From Candidatus Heimdallarchaeota archaeon (GTDB lineage: Archaea; Asgardarchaeota; Heimdallarchaeia; Heimdallarchaeales; Heimdallarchaeaceae), in NCBI GenBank assembly GCA_019057815.1, contig JAHLWR010000031.1, positions 1 through 32,368 on the forward strand: a DNA stretch of 32,368 nucleotides, given 5' to 3'. Shown here piece by piece: positions 9,889 through 19,063 of this stretch (within the stretch, counting starts at the first letter, position 1; every line of letters starts with the position of its first letter). Made by a program: the position numbers and the translations under genes. Below the pieces are notes generated by a model. It saw only the letters and a program-made list of their open reading frames with translations. It did no database searches and had not been told where the DNA came from.

Positions 9889-11189
9889 GTGGAAATTACA
9901 AGAAAGTGGTTAGAAAAGTATCCAACTCGCGGCAAGAAAATTACACAACACCCTATTTCTGTTAGAATTTTTATTAGCCTAACAGCATTAGCTGCTTTAG
10001 CATTAATTGTAGTAACAGCTATTTTTTCTGAACTCACACGCCCTGATCCATGGTTTTTATGTACCTTTCTTGCCATTAATATCGTAATAAACCTATACTT
10101 TCTCGAAATTAGCATCAAACATCGAGGATCATTTCACGAGCAACCATCACTTTATTTTTCATTGGTCAATATTGTACTTTTCAACAATGTACTCATTTTA
10201 TTATTAACACCACTAATTATGATTTTAAGTTCATCAATTTATGGAATTAGACGCCCTCATGAGTTATTTTTCCCACTTTCCCCACTTAAGGGTAGTGGTA
10301 ATTAATTTTGAGGACTCTTCCCAACCCAAGAACGTTTAAGGTAGCATCGCATCAAGCAGTAGATTAGGGAGTTTCAAGCTCTGGGATTACACCTCCAACA
10401 CACAGTGTTAGCGGAGGTGAGGGGGTTCATCTCCTCCTCGGGACTCATTACTGGAGACTATGTTATTGAGAACCTTAGGCTCTCACTCCAACTCCGGGGG
10501 TAAGCAGATGACTCTGCTTTGTCTGTAGCCGTTGGCTTAAGACAGTACTTATATTAGACTTTCCTATATAAAGCTAACAGAAACATGGTAAAAATGGGGA
10601 AAAATAACCATGCTTCAATTTTTAATTTTTCCCAGCAAGTATTGGGGTTGATCGGTGCTTTTTGGGTTTTACAGTCTCCGTTAGTTGATTTATGGGAGAA
10701 TAGTTTTGATATCTTTTTAGTTTCAATTATATGTGCATTAATATACATAGTGAATAATAGAATAATGATTGGTATATTGTAAGCTTGTCATCTAAAAGAA
10801 AATTTAGAACAATTCTTCGTGGAATATCGAATGTCCAACCTGGATTGGAGACATTGATTTATTCAGCTATTTGTATGGTTATAGTTTTGGTTGATAGAGA
10901 GCTCTTTTTCTTGTTTTTCATACTCTTTTATGTGGTATTAAGAAGTAGATTAATATCAATAGCAACTTTTCAAAAAACTTTAGCAATACGCGAGATGTAG
11001 CTTGATAGCTTTGGGAATCCTCTTTTCATAATTGAAGGATTAATCAGCAAAATTAATGATGATATAAGTATTAAGAAAAAGGATGCGAACCAAATACTCA
11101 AAGATATAGAAAAGTTATCAGAGCAAATTTCGAGAATAAAATTAGAGCTAAAAAAGTTTAAAAAACCAGAAGGAGGGAAACCGAATTAG
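9889..11189 (+). pseudogene. Fragmented multi-TM sensor protein with a degenerate HisKA-like tail
   Basis: Hydrophobic fragments 9889-10252, 10585-10782 (IFNFSQ) and 10785-11000, then LDSFGNPLFIIEG plus a coiled coil to 11189. Broken by an insertion, stops and frameshifts. Directly upstream of a receiver gene. Confidence 0.6.
10253..10559. mobile_element. 307-bp non-coding, highly structured insertion flanked by a 7-bp direct repeat ATTAGAC
   Basis: ATTAGAC at 10246-10252 and 10553-10559. About 46% GC (hand count, 10261-10560) inside an AT-rich CDS. Many hairpins, no ORF, no terminal inverted repeats. Confidence 0.7.
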
Positions 11190-11571
11190 AATACTGTTAG
11201 TTGATGATGAAGAGGCGATTTTAACTCTATTAGAATACAGATTCAACGTTATGTATCCTAATATAGAAGTTTTAACAACAGATAGCGGGAAGGAAGCATT
11301 GCAGATAATTGAAAAAAAATCAAAAAATTTAAACCCAATAGATCTTGTTGTTTCCGACATTAGAATGCCTGAAATATCAGGCATAGATCTTGCACGTAGA
11401 GTGATAGCGGAGTATCCACGAATCAGCATAATACTTATGACAGCTTATGATTTAAGGGGAATAGAAGAAGAAGCAAAACACTTCGGAATCTCAAAGATTA
11501 TTTACAAGAGTATGGGTTTTAAAAAAGTAGTTAAGGAAATACATGAGTGGGCTCAAATGAAAATCAATTAA
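11185..11571 (+). CDS. Stand-alone response regulator (REC domain)
   Basis: RILLVDDE, DLVVSDIRMPEISG, LMTAY and IYK. The domain starts at ATT 11185, 8 nt after AGGAGG (11171-11176). The first ATG (11251) lacks the DD motif. Confidence 0.85.
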   Translation: MRILLVDDEEAILTLLEYRFNVMYPNIEVLTTDSGKEALQIIEKKSKNLNPIDLVVSDIRMPEISGIDLARRVIAEYPRISIILMTAYDLRGIEEEAKHFGISKIIYKSMGFKKVVKEIHEWAQMKIN

Positions 11572-11768
11572 GAGTAAGTCGAGGAATCATTATTCAACGA
11601 TTAATTGAATAAACTTCTAACTTCATCTCTTTTATCAATTTCAGAAGATATCAATTCCTCATAATCTGTTTTTTCATGTTTATTATTAAAAAAAAATTCT
11701 TCTTTTTATATCCAATTCTGCGAATAGAATAGAGTATTTCATCTGATGTGAAAAATCTGAAATTTTAG

Positions 11769-12215
11769 GTGAGTACATTGGAGTACATCCCCAAACATTA
11801 CATGATAACTAATCCCGTTTTTGCAGAAAAACCCTTTATTTCTTGGGATTATACTGATACCGTATTACTTACTGCTTATGACTTATTGAAAAACGACCCT
11901 CTAATCTATGAATTACACTCTAATTCAGTGACATTGAAAGAATACATGAACGATATTGGTTTTCCAAAAACAACAAAAATCTTAGCTGATTCAGGAGTAT
12001 TTGCTCTTGAGTGGATCAAAAGATCTAAAGGAAAAACATTCAAACAAGATTATTCACATGTTTCTTTGAAAGCAGACCAAATCTTATCAACCTATACGCT
12101 TATCGATCCAGATTTTATAGTTCCTTTAGATGAGATAATTTTACCGAAAGACACTGAAGATGAAGTTAAAGAGAAAATTCAAAAAATCAAGAACAATAGT
12201 CTTGTTTTCTTCTAA
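11769..12215 (+). pseudogene. Truncated tRNA-guanine transglycosylase/DpdA-like protein (N-terminal part)
   Basis: KILADSGVF and DPDFIVPLD resemble the TGT-family DSG and LD motifs. Only 148 aa, too short for a full TIM barrel. Confidence 0.55.
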
Positions 12216-12857
12216 TAAATCGTAAGAGTAGTTTAAGAGAATATTTCCTTTAGCAGCTATTGTTGCACCTATAGGTTTAGCAAAAACATTGATGGAAGAA
12301 GGATTTTGCACAAATGTTTGTTCGTTGTAAACATGAAAATTTCCAGCTAGGTTCTTTAATTTCCTTCCGAAAAGAATGATAATTTCTCCAAGACTTTCAA
12401 ATTGTAAGATATCTCCAAGTGCAGTAAGATAATCTTGACCAAGAGCAAAATAAACCAGATTATAATTAGAACTAACTAATTTAAGTAAACTAGGCTGAAT
12501 CTCCAAATTGTTGGAAAGAGTAAATATCTCATCTTTTGTTTTACCAGAAAAAGTGCAATCATAAGGAGGTAATAAAGTATCTTCCTTAACTAAGCCAAAA
12601 CCTGCAGAAATGATATAGTAATCGATAATATGACTTCTTCTTAATAAGTCAACAGCTTCAGCAATACTTTGAGCTTGAAGACCAGTATAAAGATCTCGAG
12701 CAGGTGTCAAATTATCCTTAAATTGAGAAATTGCTTTTTCTCGTTGATGTTTAGTTTGCAATTGTCCACAAATAGGTTGACTTAGACTAGTAGTTGCTTT
12801 AGCTTTTCCACATGAGCTAATTACAAGAATACGTTGTTTAATTGTAGTATTTCTCAT
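12141..12857 (-). CDS. DUF6884/YaaA-like protein (C-terminus probably truncated)
   Basis: VISSCGKAK, PARDLYTG, YIISAGFGLV and PPYD. Its tail overlaps the convergent TGT-like fragment by 75 bp. Confidence 0.7.
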   Translation of the reverse strand: MRNTTIKQRILVISSCGKAKATTSLSQPICGQLQTKHQREKAISQFKDNLTPARDLYTGLQAQSIAEAVDLLRRSHIIDYYIISAGFGLVKEDTLLPPYDCTFSGKTKDEIFTLSNNLEIQPSLLKLVSSNYNLVYFALGQDYLTALGDILQFESLGEIIILFGRKLKNLAGNFHVYNEQTFVQNPSSINVFAKPIGATIAAKGNILLNYSYDLLEENKTIVLDFLNFLFNFIFSVFR

Positions 12858-12976
12858 GGGTGAAAGCTCCTTATCAGAATAATCTAAATGCTATGCATCC
12901 TGAAAGTCGCATTAATAACAAGAAACTAGTATTTAAAGTTATAACAAGATTTGTAATATAAATGTACGTGGTAAAT

Positions 12977-13198
12977 ATGGCTAAAAATATTTTAGTGTCA
13001 GATGAACTATATAATATTTTATCGAAACTAAAGCGTCCTAATGAAAGCTTTACAGAAGTGATAATAAGATCAATTAAATATTCAACATCACTTATGGATA
13101 TTGCAGGTGAAGAAATAATTCCAACTAACAAATGGGAAAAAATCAAACAGATTTTTCATAAGAAAGAAGCCAAATATTTAGCAAGAAAAAAATTCTAA
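12977..13198 (+). CDS. Archaeal VapB-type antitoxin (DUF217-like)
   Basis: MAKNILVSDELYNILSKLKRPNESFTEVI pattern. Confidence 0.82.
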   Translation: MAKNILVSDELYNILSKLKRPNESFTEVIIRSIKYSTSLMDIAGEEIIPTNKWEKIKQIFHKKEAKYLARKKF

Positions 13199-13210
13199 CT
13201 AGAGAGATTG

Positions 13211-13267
13211 GTGATATATCTAGCTGACACTGATTTTCTCATTGATCTATCTAATTTCCTCAAATAA
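13211..13267 (+). pseudogene. VapC/PIN toxin remnant (first 18 codons)
   Basis: GTG start gives IYLADTDFLIDL (PIN beta1 DT motif), then a stop. Lies 12 bp after vapB. Confidence 0.7.
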
Positions 13268-13292
13268 CTAATTCTTGCAATATTAATCTTTT

Positions 13293-16200
13293 TTATTCTT
13301 TAATATATGTAAGATAGTTACGCTCTACTAAAGAAAAAATGCTCCCTAACACTTCTTTACTTGGCAGATATTCAAAATACTCGATTATTGAGTCAATGCT
13401 TACTTTTTCTTTTTCCTTTACAAAACTAATTATTTCTTTACTAATATTGTCTAATTTCTTAATTTTTTTCTTATAATCTGTTATTGTACAGGGGTAATGT
13501 ACCCACAAGTGTAATTGATTTATCATATGTTCTTCAATAGATTTTTTATTATGTTTGAAAATTTTTGTTGAACCATCCCAGTTCACTGCTATTTTTCCAA
13601 ACATTAGTTCAAACCACATCGCTATTTCTGAGACAATTAATTCCAATTCATCAATTAATTCTTCTTCAGAGAAAACCGTTGTTGAATACATATCTGTATA
13701 GGAGCTTGTCAGCACTAGATTTTGATATTCAATTTTTTTTATTATATTTGAAACACCGCTTAACAACTCTCCTCCCATTGTGGAAACAGCAGAGATGAAA
13801 CCAGTAATAAGTACAGAATCAATTTTTATATCTGACTCGAAATCTAGTTCAAAGAGTGGTAAACTCGTTTCACGATGAACAATCAATATTCTTTTAATAG
13901 ATAATGAGCTATTATAAGTTTCGTTAATTTTATCAATATATTGCTGATGCTTTAACAGTTTTGAATTTTTTCTAGTTCTTAAAATCATAAAGAGTACAAT
14001 ACTAATTATGATTCCCACCACAGTAGTAGCTATTATGAGGATATAATATGGAGAGAATCCATTATTTATTGATGAAATAAATGTATTAGTGTATAAGATA
14101 GTGTATGTTTCATTCAAGTAATTTGCTCTAAAATGATTTTTTAATACAACAACAGATATATTTTGTGAATCTGATGTGATACCGTACTTTGACATCATTA
14201 TCGTAAGTTCAATATTATGGGCACTCACATTGAGAGAATAAAACTCATCTGATACTGGATTTTCGTTTATCTGTAGGTTGATGGTATCAGGAAACATAGA
14301 TATGTTATTAGGATCTGTAATATTAATCATTTGAAAAGAACAGATAACATCATTTGCAGGATCTGTTTCGATGTCTATGTGGGATACTTCAATTTTATAC
14401 TTATAAAAAACCACCAAGTCTATTTCTATAATATGTTCTTGTAAAAATGAACCAGTGAATAATATCTCAATGCTTTGATTTGAAAATGAAGAGTTGACTT
14501 TTATTTCTTCATGATAATGCGATGAGATGTTACATAAACTACCACAAGTTCTCCAACTTGTAACATATCTTATAGAAGCATTTTCTATTACATGTCCATT
14601 ATCATTAAAGAATGGTTCGCTTACCTTGTAATAACTGGCTACAACTTTAAGATCATCACCAGTATATCTTATGACTTTAGTTGATGTGTCGTTGGTCCAG
14701 TCATCGAAACCCGGTAAAACTTCCCATTCAATGTTAAATAGAGTTGAAGTATTAATCGCAACCTTTTTTGTGAGAAAGCCTATTTCAGTTCCATTTGTCC
14801 AATAAATATAAATGGTCCAATAACCTGGTTGATCTGAACCATACACTGAAGGATCTAACGTGATTGATGCTGTAAACAAACTTGTTGTCACATTAATTTC
14901 ACCAATAGTTGTATAACTTGTCTCATCCGAATAAACAATATTTGACGGTAGAGAGTTTTTGAGAGGAATAATTTGCCCAGTGCTATTAAATAAAGTAAAG
15001 TTTAATGAACCACTAATCAACATCTCAATGATTTCAACCTCAATAAAGACACTAGAACCCTTTTCCCCTATCGCATGAGTTCCATTTGTGAACCATTTTC
15101 CTAAAGCAAAGTTTTTATCTTCACCTTTATCATCATAGAAGTCTAACTGACTTATGTAGTTGGGACTAGAAGTAATTAAACTAAAATTTCCACCATAAAT
15201 AGAAGAATTCAGATAGCATAGGTATCCATCCTTGATTTTCACACCTTGTAATACATCAGTATCGTTTTGATGAAAAGAAAAGGAAACATTGTTCCAATCA
15301 TTTGGAGTATTTAAGAAATGAGTTCTATTCAGGTTGTCATAAGTGGAACTAATACTATTATTAATGTTCCATTTAATATTCCAATGATTCTCGAACTCCC
15401 CACAAGAAGAATTATGTGAATTTATCGAAGAGAAACCAATAAAGGTTTGTGAGAAGCTGTAGAGGTTGCTAAAAAATATTTCAACAGAAGTATTAGCTTG
15501 AATGATATGAACTCCTGTATTATTAATTATGGAAGATAAAGAAACTATTGGTATGTCGTTATCTATTAGATCGATTGTTAAAGGGTTTGAAAAATGAAGT
15601 TTCTTTCCTTCTTCATCAGAAGGTAGTAACTCTAGAACAAGTGATAAATCTAAGCTTGCCTTTTTATCCCAATTCCCACTACTATCTCGGAAATAAGTTG
15701 TTCCATCAGAGTGTCCTACCTTACCATTCCAAATAATTTTGCTTGGGTTGTCATCTACAGAGGATAAATTAGCAATTACACAGTATTTTCCCCTTACAAG
15801 TACTGTATCTTCGAAATCATAAAACGAAAGCTGATTATCTAGTAAAGCATAGTTAGTCTCATTATATGGTGATGTTAATTCATATGATACTATATTATTG
15901 AGATCAGGATAGCCAGTATCATTTGCTTTAACTACGAATAACTCTAGTTCATAACTACCTAAAGTTCCTATTCTGTCTACATTTAATGATAAATTCGCTC
16001 CAAAAAAAACTGCATTATCCCACAAAACTTCAAAACCTTGAGCTAATGCTATATTTTCCGTATTAGACAAATAATATTGTTTATTCTGTTCTAGTTCAAG
16101 GGGATAATAATCTTGCAAAGAGGAAATATTAAGTATATTGTAGTTTAGCTGATCAGTGTTGTATTCAGATATATCATCTATAGTAAAAGAGGATTTATGA

Positions 16201-16550
16201 TTGTTATCAAGGGTTAGATTGAGGGAAAAATCATGATATATTGATAGATCATCAATAATTGAAAAATTATCTCCGTTTATTTGAACTTGATCTATCTCTT
16301 TATAAGACTTAGAGTTAGAGAAATCAGACTCAGTTATTAAATGGTTATGGTTAGTAGTTTCTATATCATTGTTAAGTGAATTGTAAGAATCTGATGATAA
16401 TGATCTTTTGGATGAAAAAAGAATAGAAGAGTTGTTAATAGAAGAAAGCGAAAAACAAGTAAAAAACAGACTAATTAGTAGAATAAACAAGATTAAACTA
16501 GTAAAAATAGTAGACTTGAATTTTCTAATAATAATAACCTCGGAAACCAT
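13293..16550 (-). CDS. Large membrane-anchored surface protein with cytoplasmic longin-like and wHTH-like domains
   Basis: N-terminal TM/signal, about 800 aa N/S/T-rich beta-type ectodomain, and a TM near aa 835-860. Then ILIVHRETSLPLF...LITGFISAVSTMGGEL (longin-like) and a C-terminal wHTH-like segment. Confidence 0.75.
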   Translation of the reverse strand: MVSEVIIIRKFKSTIFTSLILFILLISLFFTCFSLSSINNSSILFSSKRSLSSDSYNSLNNDIETTNHNHLITESDFSNSKSYKEIDQVQINGDNFSIIDDLSIYHDFSLNLTLDNNHKSSFTIDDISEYNTDQLNYNILNISSLQDYYPLELEQNKQYYLSNTENIALAQGFEVLWDNAVFFGANLSLNVDRIGTLGSYELELFVVKANDTGYPDLNNIVSYELTSPYNETNYALLDNQLSFYDFEDTVLVRGKYCVIANLSSVDDNPSKIIWNGKVGHSDGTTYFRDSSGNWDKKASLDLSLVLELLPSDEEGKKLHFSNPLTIDLIDNDIPIVSLSSIINNTGVHIIQANTSVEIFFSNLYSFSQTFIGFSSINSHNSSCGEFENHWNIKWNINNSISSTYDNLNRTHFLNTPNDWNNVSFSFHQNDTDVLQGVKIKDGYLCYLNSSIYGGNFSLITSSPNYISQLDFYDDKGEDKNFALGKWFTNGTHAIGEKGSSVFIEVEIIEMLISGSLNFTLFNSTGQIIPLKNSLPSNIVYSDETSYTTIGEINVTTSLFTASITLDPSVYGSDQPGYWTIYIYWTNGTEIGFLTKKVAINTSTLFNIEWEVLPGFDDWTNDTSTKVIRYTGDDLKVVASYYKVSEPFFNDNGHVIENASIRYVTSWRTCGSLCNISSHYHEEIKVNSSFSNQSIEILFTGSFLQEHIIEIDLVVFYKYKIEVSHIDIETDPANDVICSFQMINITDPNNISMFPDTINLQINENPVSDEFYSLNVSAHNIELTIMMSKYGITSDSQNISVVVLKNHFRANYLNETYTILYTNTFISSINNGFSPYYILIIATTVVGIIISIVLFMILRTRKNSKLLKHQQYIDKINETYNSSLSIKRILIVHRETSLPLFELDFESDIKIDSVLITGFISAVSTMGGELLSGVSNIIKKIEYQNLVLTSSYTDMYSTTVFSEEELIDELELIVSEIAMWFELMFGKIAVNWDGSTKIFKHNKKSIEEHMINQLHLWVHYPCTITDYKKKIKKLDNISKEIISFVKEKEKVSIDSIIEYFEYLPSKEVLGSIFSLVERNYLTYIKE

Positions 16551-16689
16551 TAATTGAAATCACCGAATACAGTTGCTTTTGATGAGTAATTATAGTATTT
16601 AAATATCATTATTGAAATAGGCAAACCAAGTTGAGTTGATAAAATGTTTAGGAACATTTTATGATAGGAATCAGAAAAAGTTAAATGAG

Positions 16690-16980
16690 AAATTCAATGT
16701 CATTCCTCAATATAAATGACCTCTTTCAAAATATAAGGACCAAGAGAGGGACTAAGAGCTTATTTAGTAACTAAATCAACCTTTTTCCTGAATAAATCTT
16801 CTAAAAAGAATAACAGATTCATAAAGTTGTGAAAATTCTTCATCTATCCTTAAATTCATCTAAAATATCAATATCAATATTATCTTTTTGTTGATTTTTA
16901 ATGTACGAACCAAAGATACCTATTTTTTTCACTCCTAATTTTTGAATCCCGTCAAATTTTCATTTAGTATAGATTCTAAC
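16690..16980 (-). pseudogene. Degraded MNT antitoxin plus HEPN start remnant
   Basis: Nucleotide paralog of 17991-18280, with 23 bp identical (16907-16929 = 18196-18218). Fragments KKIGIFGSY, KVDLVTK and EVIYIE are visible with lesions. Confidence 0.75.
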
Positions 16981-16989
16981 GATTGCACA

Positions 16990-17120
16990 AGTTACACATT
17001 ATATCAATACGCGATTAATTTATAGACTCAATGGCCATTAACTTGATTGATTTAATACAAAAAGAAATGGTGAGTATATATGGGTGAAAAGAACGATATA
17101 ATATATCTTAAACACATCTA
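16990..17120 (+). pseudogene. Remnant of an MNT-HEPN junction
   Basis: TATATATGGGTGAAAA at 17075-17090 is identical to 18711-18726. It continues MGEKNDIIYLKHI versus MGEKKDEIYLMHI. Confidence 0.7.
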
Positions 17121-17208
17121 TTACTAAGAATTTTAGATAACAAGTAGTCCTTAGTCAAACAGTTTATTCAACAACATTAACAATCAATTATCTAATTTTC
17201 ATTTAGAA

Positions 17209-17574
17209 TTAATTATTAAAATTTGATTCTTTATTTTCTATTTCATCAATGACTCTATTAAGGCCGAGTTTTAGAGTTTTAAGATTTATAGTGATTGTCT
17301 CCCATACAAGCTTATAATCAACCCCAAAATAACCATGAATGAGTCTGTCTCTCAACCCTGCAATTTCCTTCCAAGGAATTTCAGGATATTCAACTTTTAA
17401 GCTACTAGGAATATGCTTAACTGCTTCACCTATAATTTCAAGCTTACGGACAACTGCACTAGAAGTTTTATCATCCTCATTAAACTCCTCAAAGCTCATA
17501 TCTTTGATGAAAAAACTTATGCTCTCTATTGCAGAAAGAACGTCTTGAATAAAAAGCTTATAGTCTCTTTTCAA
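17209..17574 (-). CDS. HEPN (DUF86/HepT-like) RNase toxin
   Basis: LEIIGEA, IPWK and RDRLIHGY (RX4HXY). Confidence 0.92.
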   Translation of the reverse strand: MKRDYKLFIQDVLSAIESISFFIKDMSFEEFNEDDKTSSAVVRKLEIIGEAVKHIPSSLKVEYPEIPWKEIAGLRDRLIHGYFGVDYKLVWETITINLKTLKLGLNRVIDEIENKESNFNN

Positions 17575-17867
17575 ATTTTCACAACCTCTTCATATATGTG
17601 AGCTCTTAATTCTTCCCGTACAGCTCTCTCAGAAACAATATCAACATTGATGTTCAATTCATCCTCAAGAAAATTAGCCAAACCAACATAATCGAATAAT
17701 GAAGCACCATCAAAAAACTTGACCAATAAATCAACGTCACTTGTTGGTTTTTGTTCATTTCGAACAAATGAACCAAAAACGCCTATGATTTTAGCTTTAT
17801 ATTTGGTTTTTATAAAACCTTCAAGTTCTTTTAAAACATTAATTACAGATTCTAACTTTCTTTCCAT
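17571..17867 (-). CDS. Minimal nucleotidyltransferase (MNT) antitoxin
   Basis: FGSFVRNEQKPTSDVD (GSX10DXD). 4-bp overlap with the HEPN gene. Confidence 0.92.
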   Translation of the reverse strand: MERKLESVINVLKELEGFIKTKYKAKIIGVFGSFVRNEQKPTSDVDLLVKFFDGASLFDYVGLANFLEDELNINVDIVSERAVREELRAHIYEEVVKI

Positions 17868-17894
17868 ACAATAAAATGCAAGTCAATCTATATA

Positions 17895-17998
17895 AATGTC
17901 GAGTTTTATAAAATCTATAAAATTTAGTTGTTTGATACAATCTAATAGAAATTTATATTCATCTAGTATATGATAAGAAAACCAGAATCATTATTCGA
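17895..17998 (-). pseudogene. Truncated HEPN N-terminus
   Basis: Minus strand gives a frameshifted ...HILDEYKFLLDCIKQLNFIDFIK directly after MNT 17991..18362. The catalytic half is absent. Confidence 0.55.
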
Positions 17999-18362
17999 TA
18001 TAAACAACCTCTTTCAAAATGCTAGGTCCTATGTAAGGACTGAGAGCTTCTTTAGTAACTAAGTCAACTTTAACCTGTAATAAATCCTCTAAAAAGAAAA
18101 GCAAATCCATGAAATTATCAAAATTTTTCTTTCCAATTTCAAATTCAATTAATACATCAAAATCACTTCTAATTTCTTGTTCCTCCCTAACATAGGAACC
18201 AAAGATACCTATTTTTTTGATTCCAAAAGATTGGATTGGAATTGTATTTTTACGTAAGATATCAAGAATCCTTGTGAGATTGAGTTCTTCTTCCACGACT
18301 AGAGATATTACTGACAGATAATAAATAGATTTCGAAGATAAACAACAGAGAAAGAAGGACAT
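17991..18362 (-). CDS. Orphan MNT antitoxin
   Basis: FGSYVREEQEIRSDFD and KVDLVT. True start is probably near 18296. Confidence 0.88.
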   Translation of the reverse strand: MSFFLCCLSSKSIYYLSVISLVVEEELNLTRILDILRKNTIPIQSFGIKKIGIFGSYVREEQEIRSDFDVLIEFEIGKKNFDNFMDLLFFLEDLLQVKVDLVTKEALSPYIGPSILKEVVYIE

Positions 18363-18438
18363 ATAAAATGAGACTATTTTTATATATTGGGTTTAATGCC
18401 TCATATCTGCAAAAAACCAGAACAAAAGGTTGAAATCA

Positions 18439-18723
18439 ATGAATAAAGAAGAGGTACTAAGAATTTTAATTGAAACCTTAAAGAAGAATGGTGCTAACAG
18501 TATTTCAATCTTCGGCTCATATGCAAGAGGAGAAGAAGGACCCAATAGTGACATAGATATTATCGTAAATTTTTCATCAAAAAAAAGCCTTTTAGAATTG
18601 ATAAGAATTGAAAGAGAACTTTCTGAAAAATTAAATAGAAAGATCGATTTACTTACTGAAAAATCGATAAGTCCGTATTTAATTGAATCAATAAGAGAAG
18701 AGATGGTGAATATATATGGGTGA
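18439..18723 (+). CDS. MNT antitoxin
   Basis: FGSYARGEEGPNSDID and KIDLLT. Confidence 0.92.
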   Translation: MNKEEVLRILIETLKKNGANSISIFGSYARGEEGPNSDIDIIVNFSSKKSLLELIRIERELSEKLNRKIDLLTEKSISPYLIESIREEMVNIYG

Positions 18724-19063
18724 AAAAAAAGATGAAATATATCTTATGCATATCCAAGATGCCATTTTGAAGATAGAAAAATATACAAAAGACTGCAACT
18801 ATGAAAATTTCTCAGAGAATAGCCTTATACAAGATGGAGTAATAAGACAACTTCAGATTATAAGCGAAGCTACAAAACTAATAACAGAAGAAAAAAGAAA
18901 AGAATACACAGATATTCCTTGGAAAGACATATCAGGAATGAGAGATAAGCTAATTCATTCATATTTTGGCGTTGATCTTGAAGCAGTATGGGTAGTTGTG
19001 AAACAAGATTTACCAATCTTGAAAGAAAATATCTCAATTCTATTTAATAATATGAAATATTAA
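18716..19063 (+). CDS. HEPN (DUF86/HepT-like) RNase toxin
   Basis: IPWKDISGMRDKLIHSYFGVD. Overlaps the MNT stop codon. Confidence 0.92.
   Translation: MGEKKDEIYLMHIQDAILKIEKYTKDCNYENFSENSLIQDGVIRQLQIISEATKLITEEKRKEYTDIPWKDISGMRDKLIHSYFGVDLEAVWVVVKQDLPILKENISILFNNMKY

Noticed and set aside
10375-10395. Minus-strand TGTAATCCCAG resembling the SRP/Alu motif
   Set aside because: No SRP helix-8 signature, and the block interrupts a CDS between direct repeats.
10467-10485. Minus-strand GAGCC-TAA-GGTTC resembling group II intron domain V ends
   Set aside because: Far too short for domain V. No GNRA-capped 34-nt stem, no GUGCG 5' end and no RT gene.
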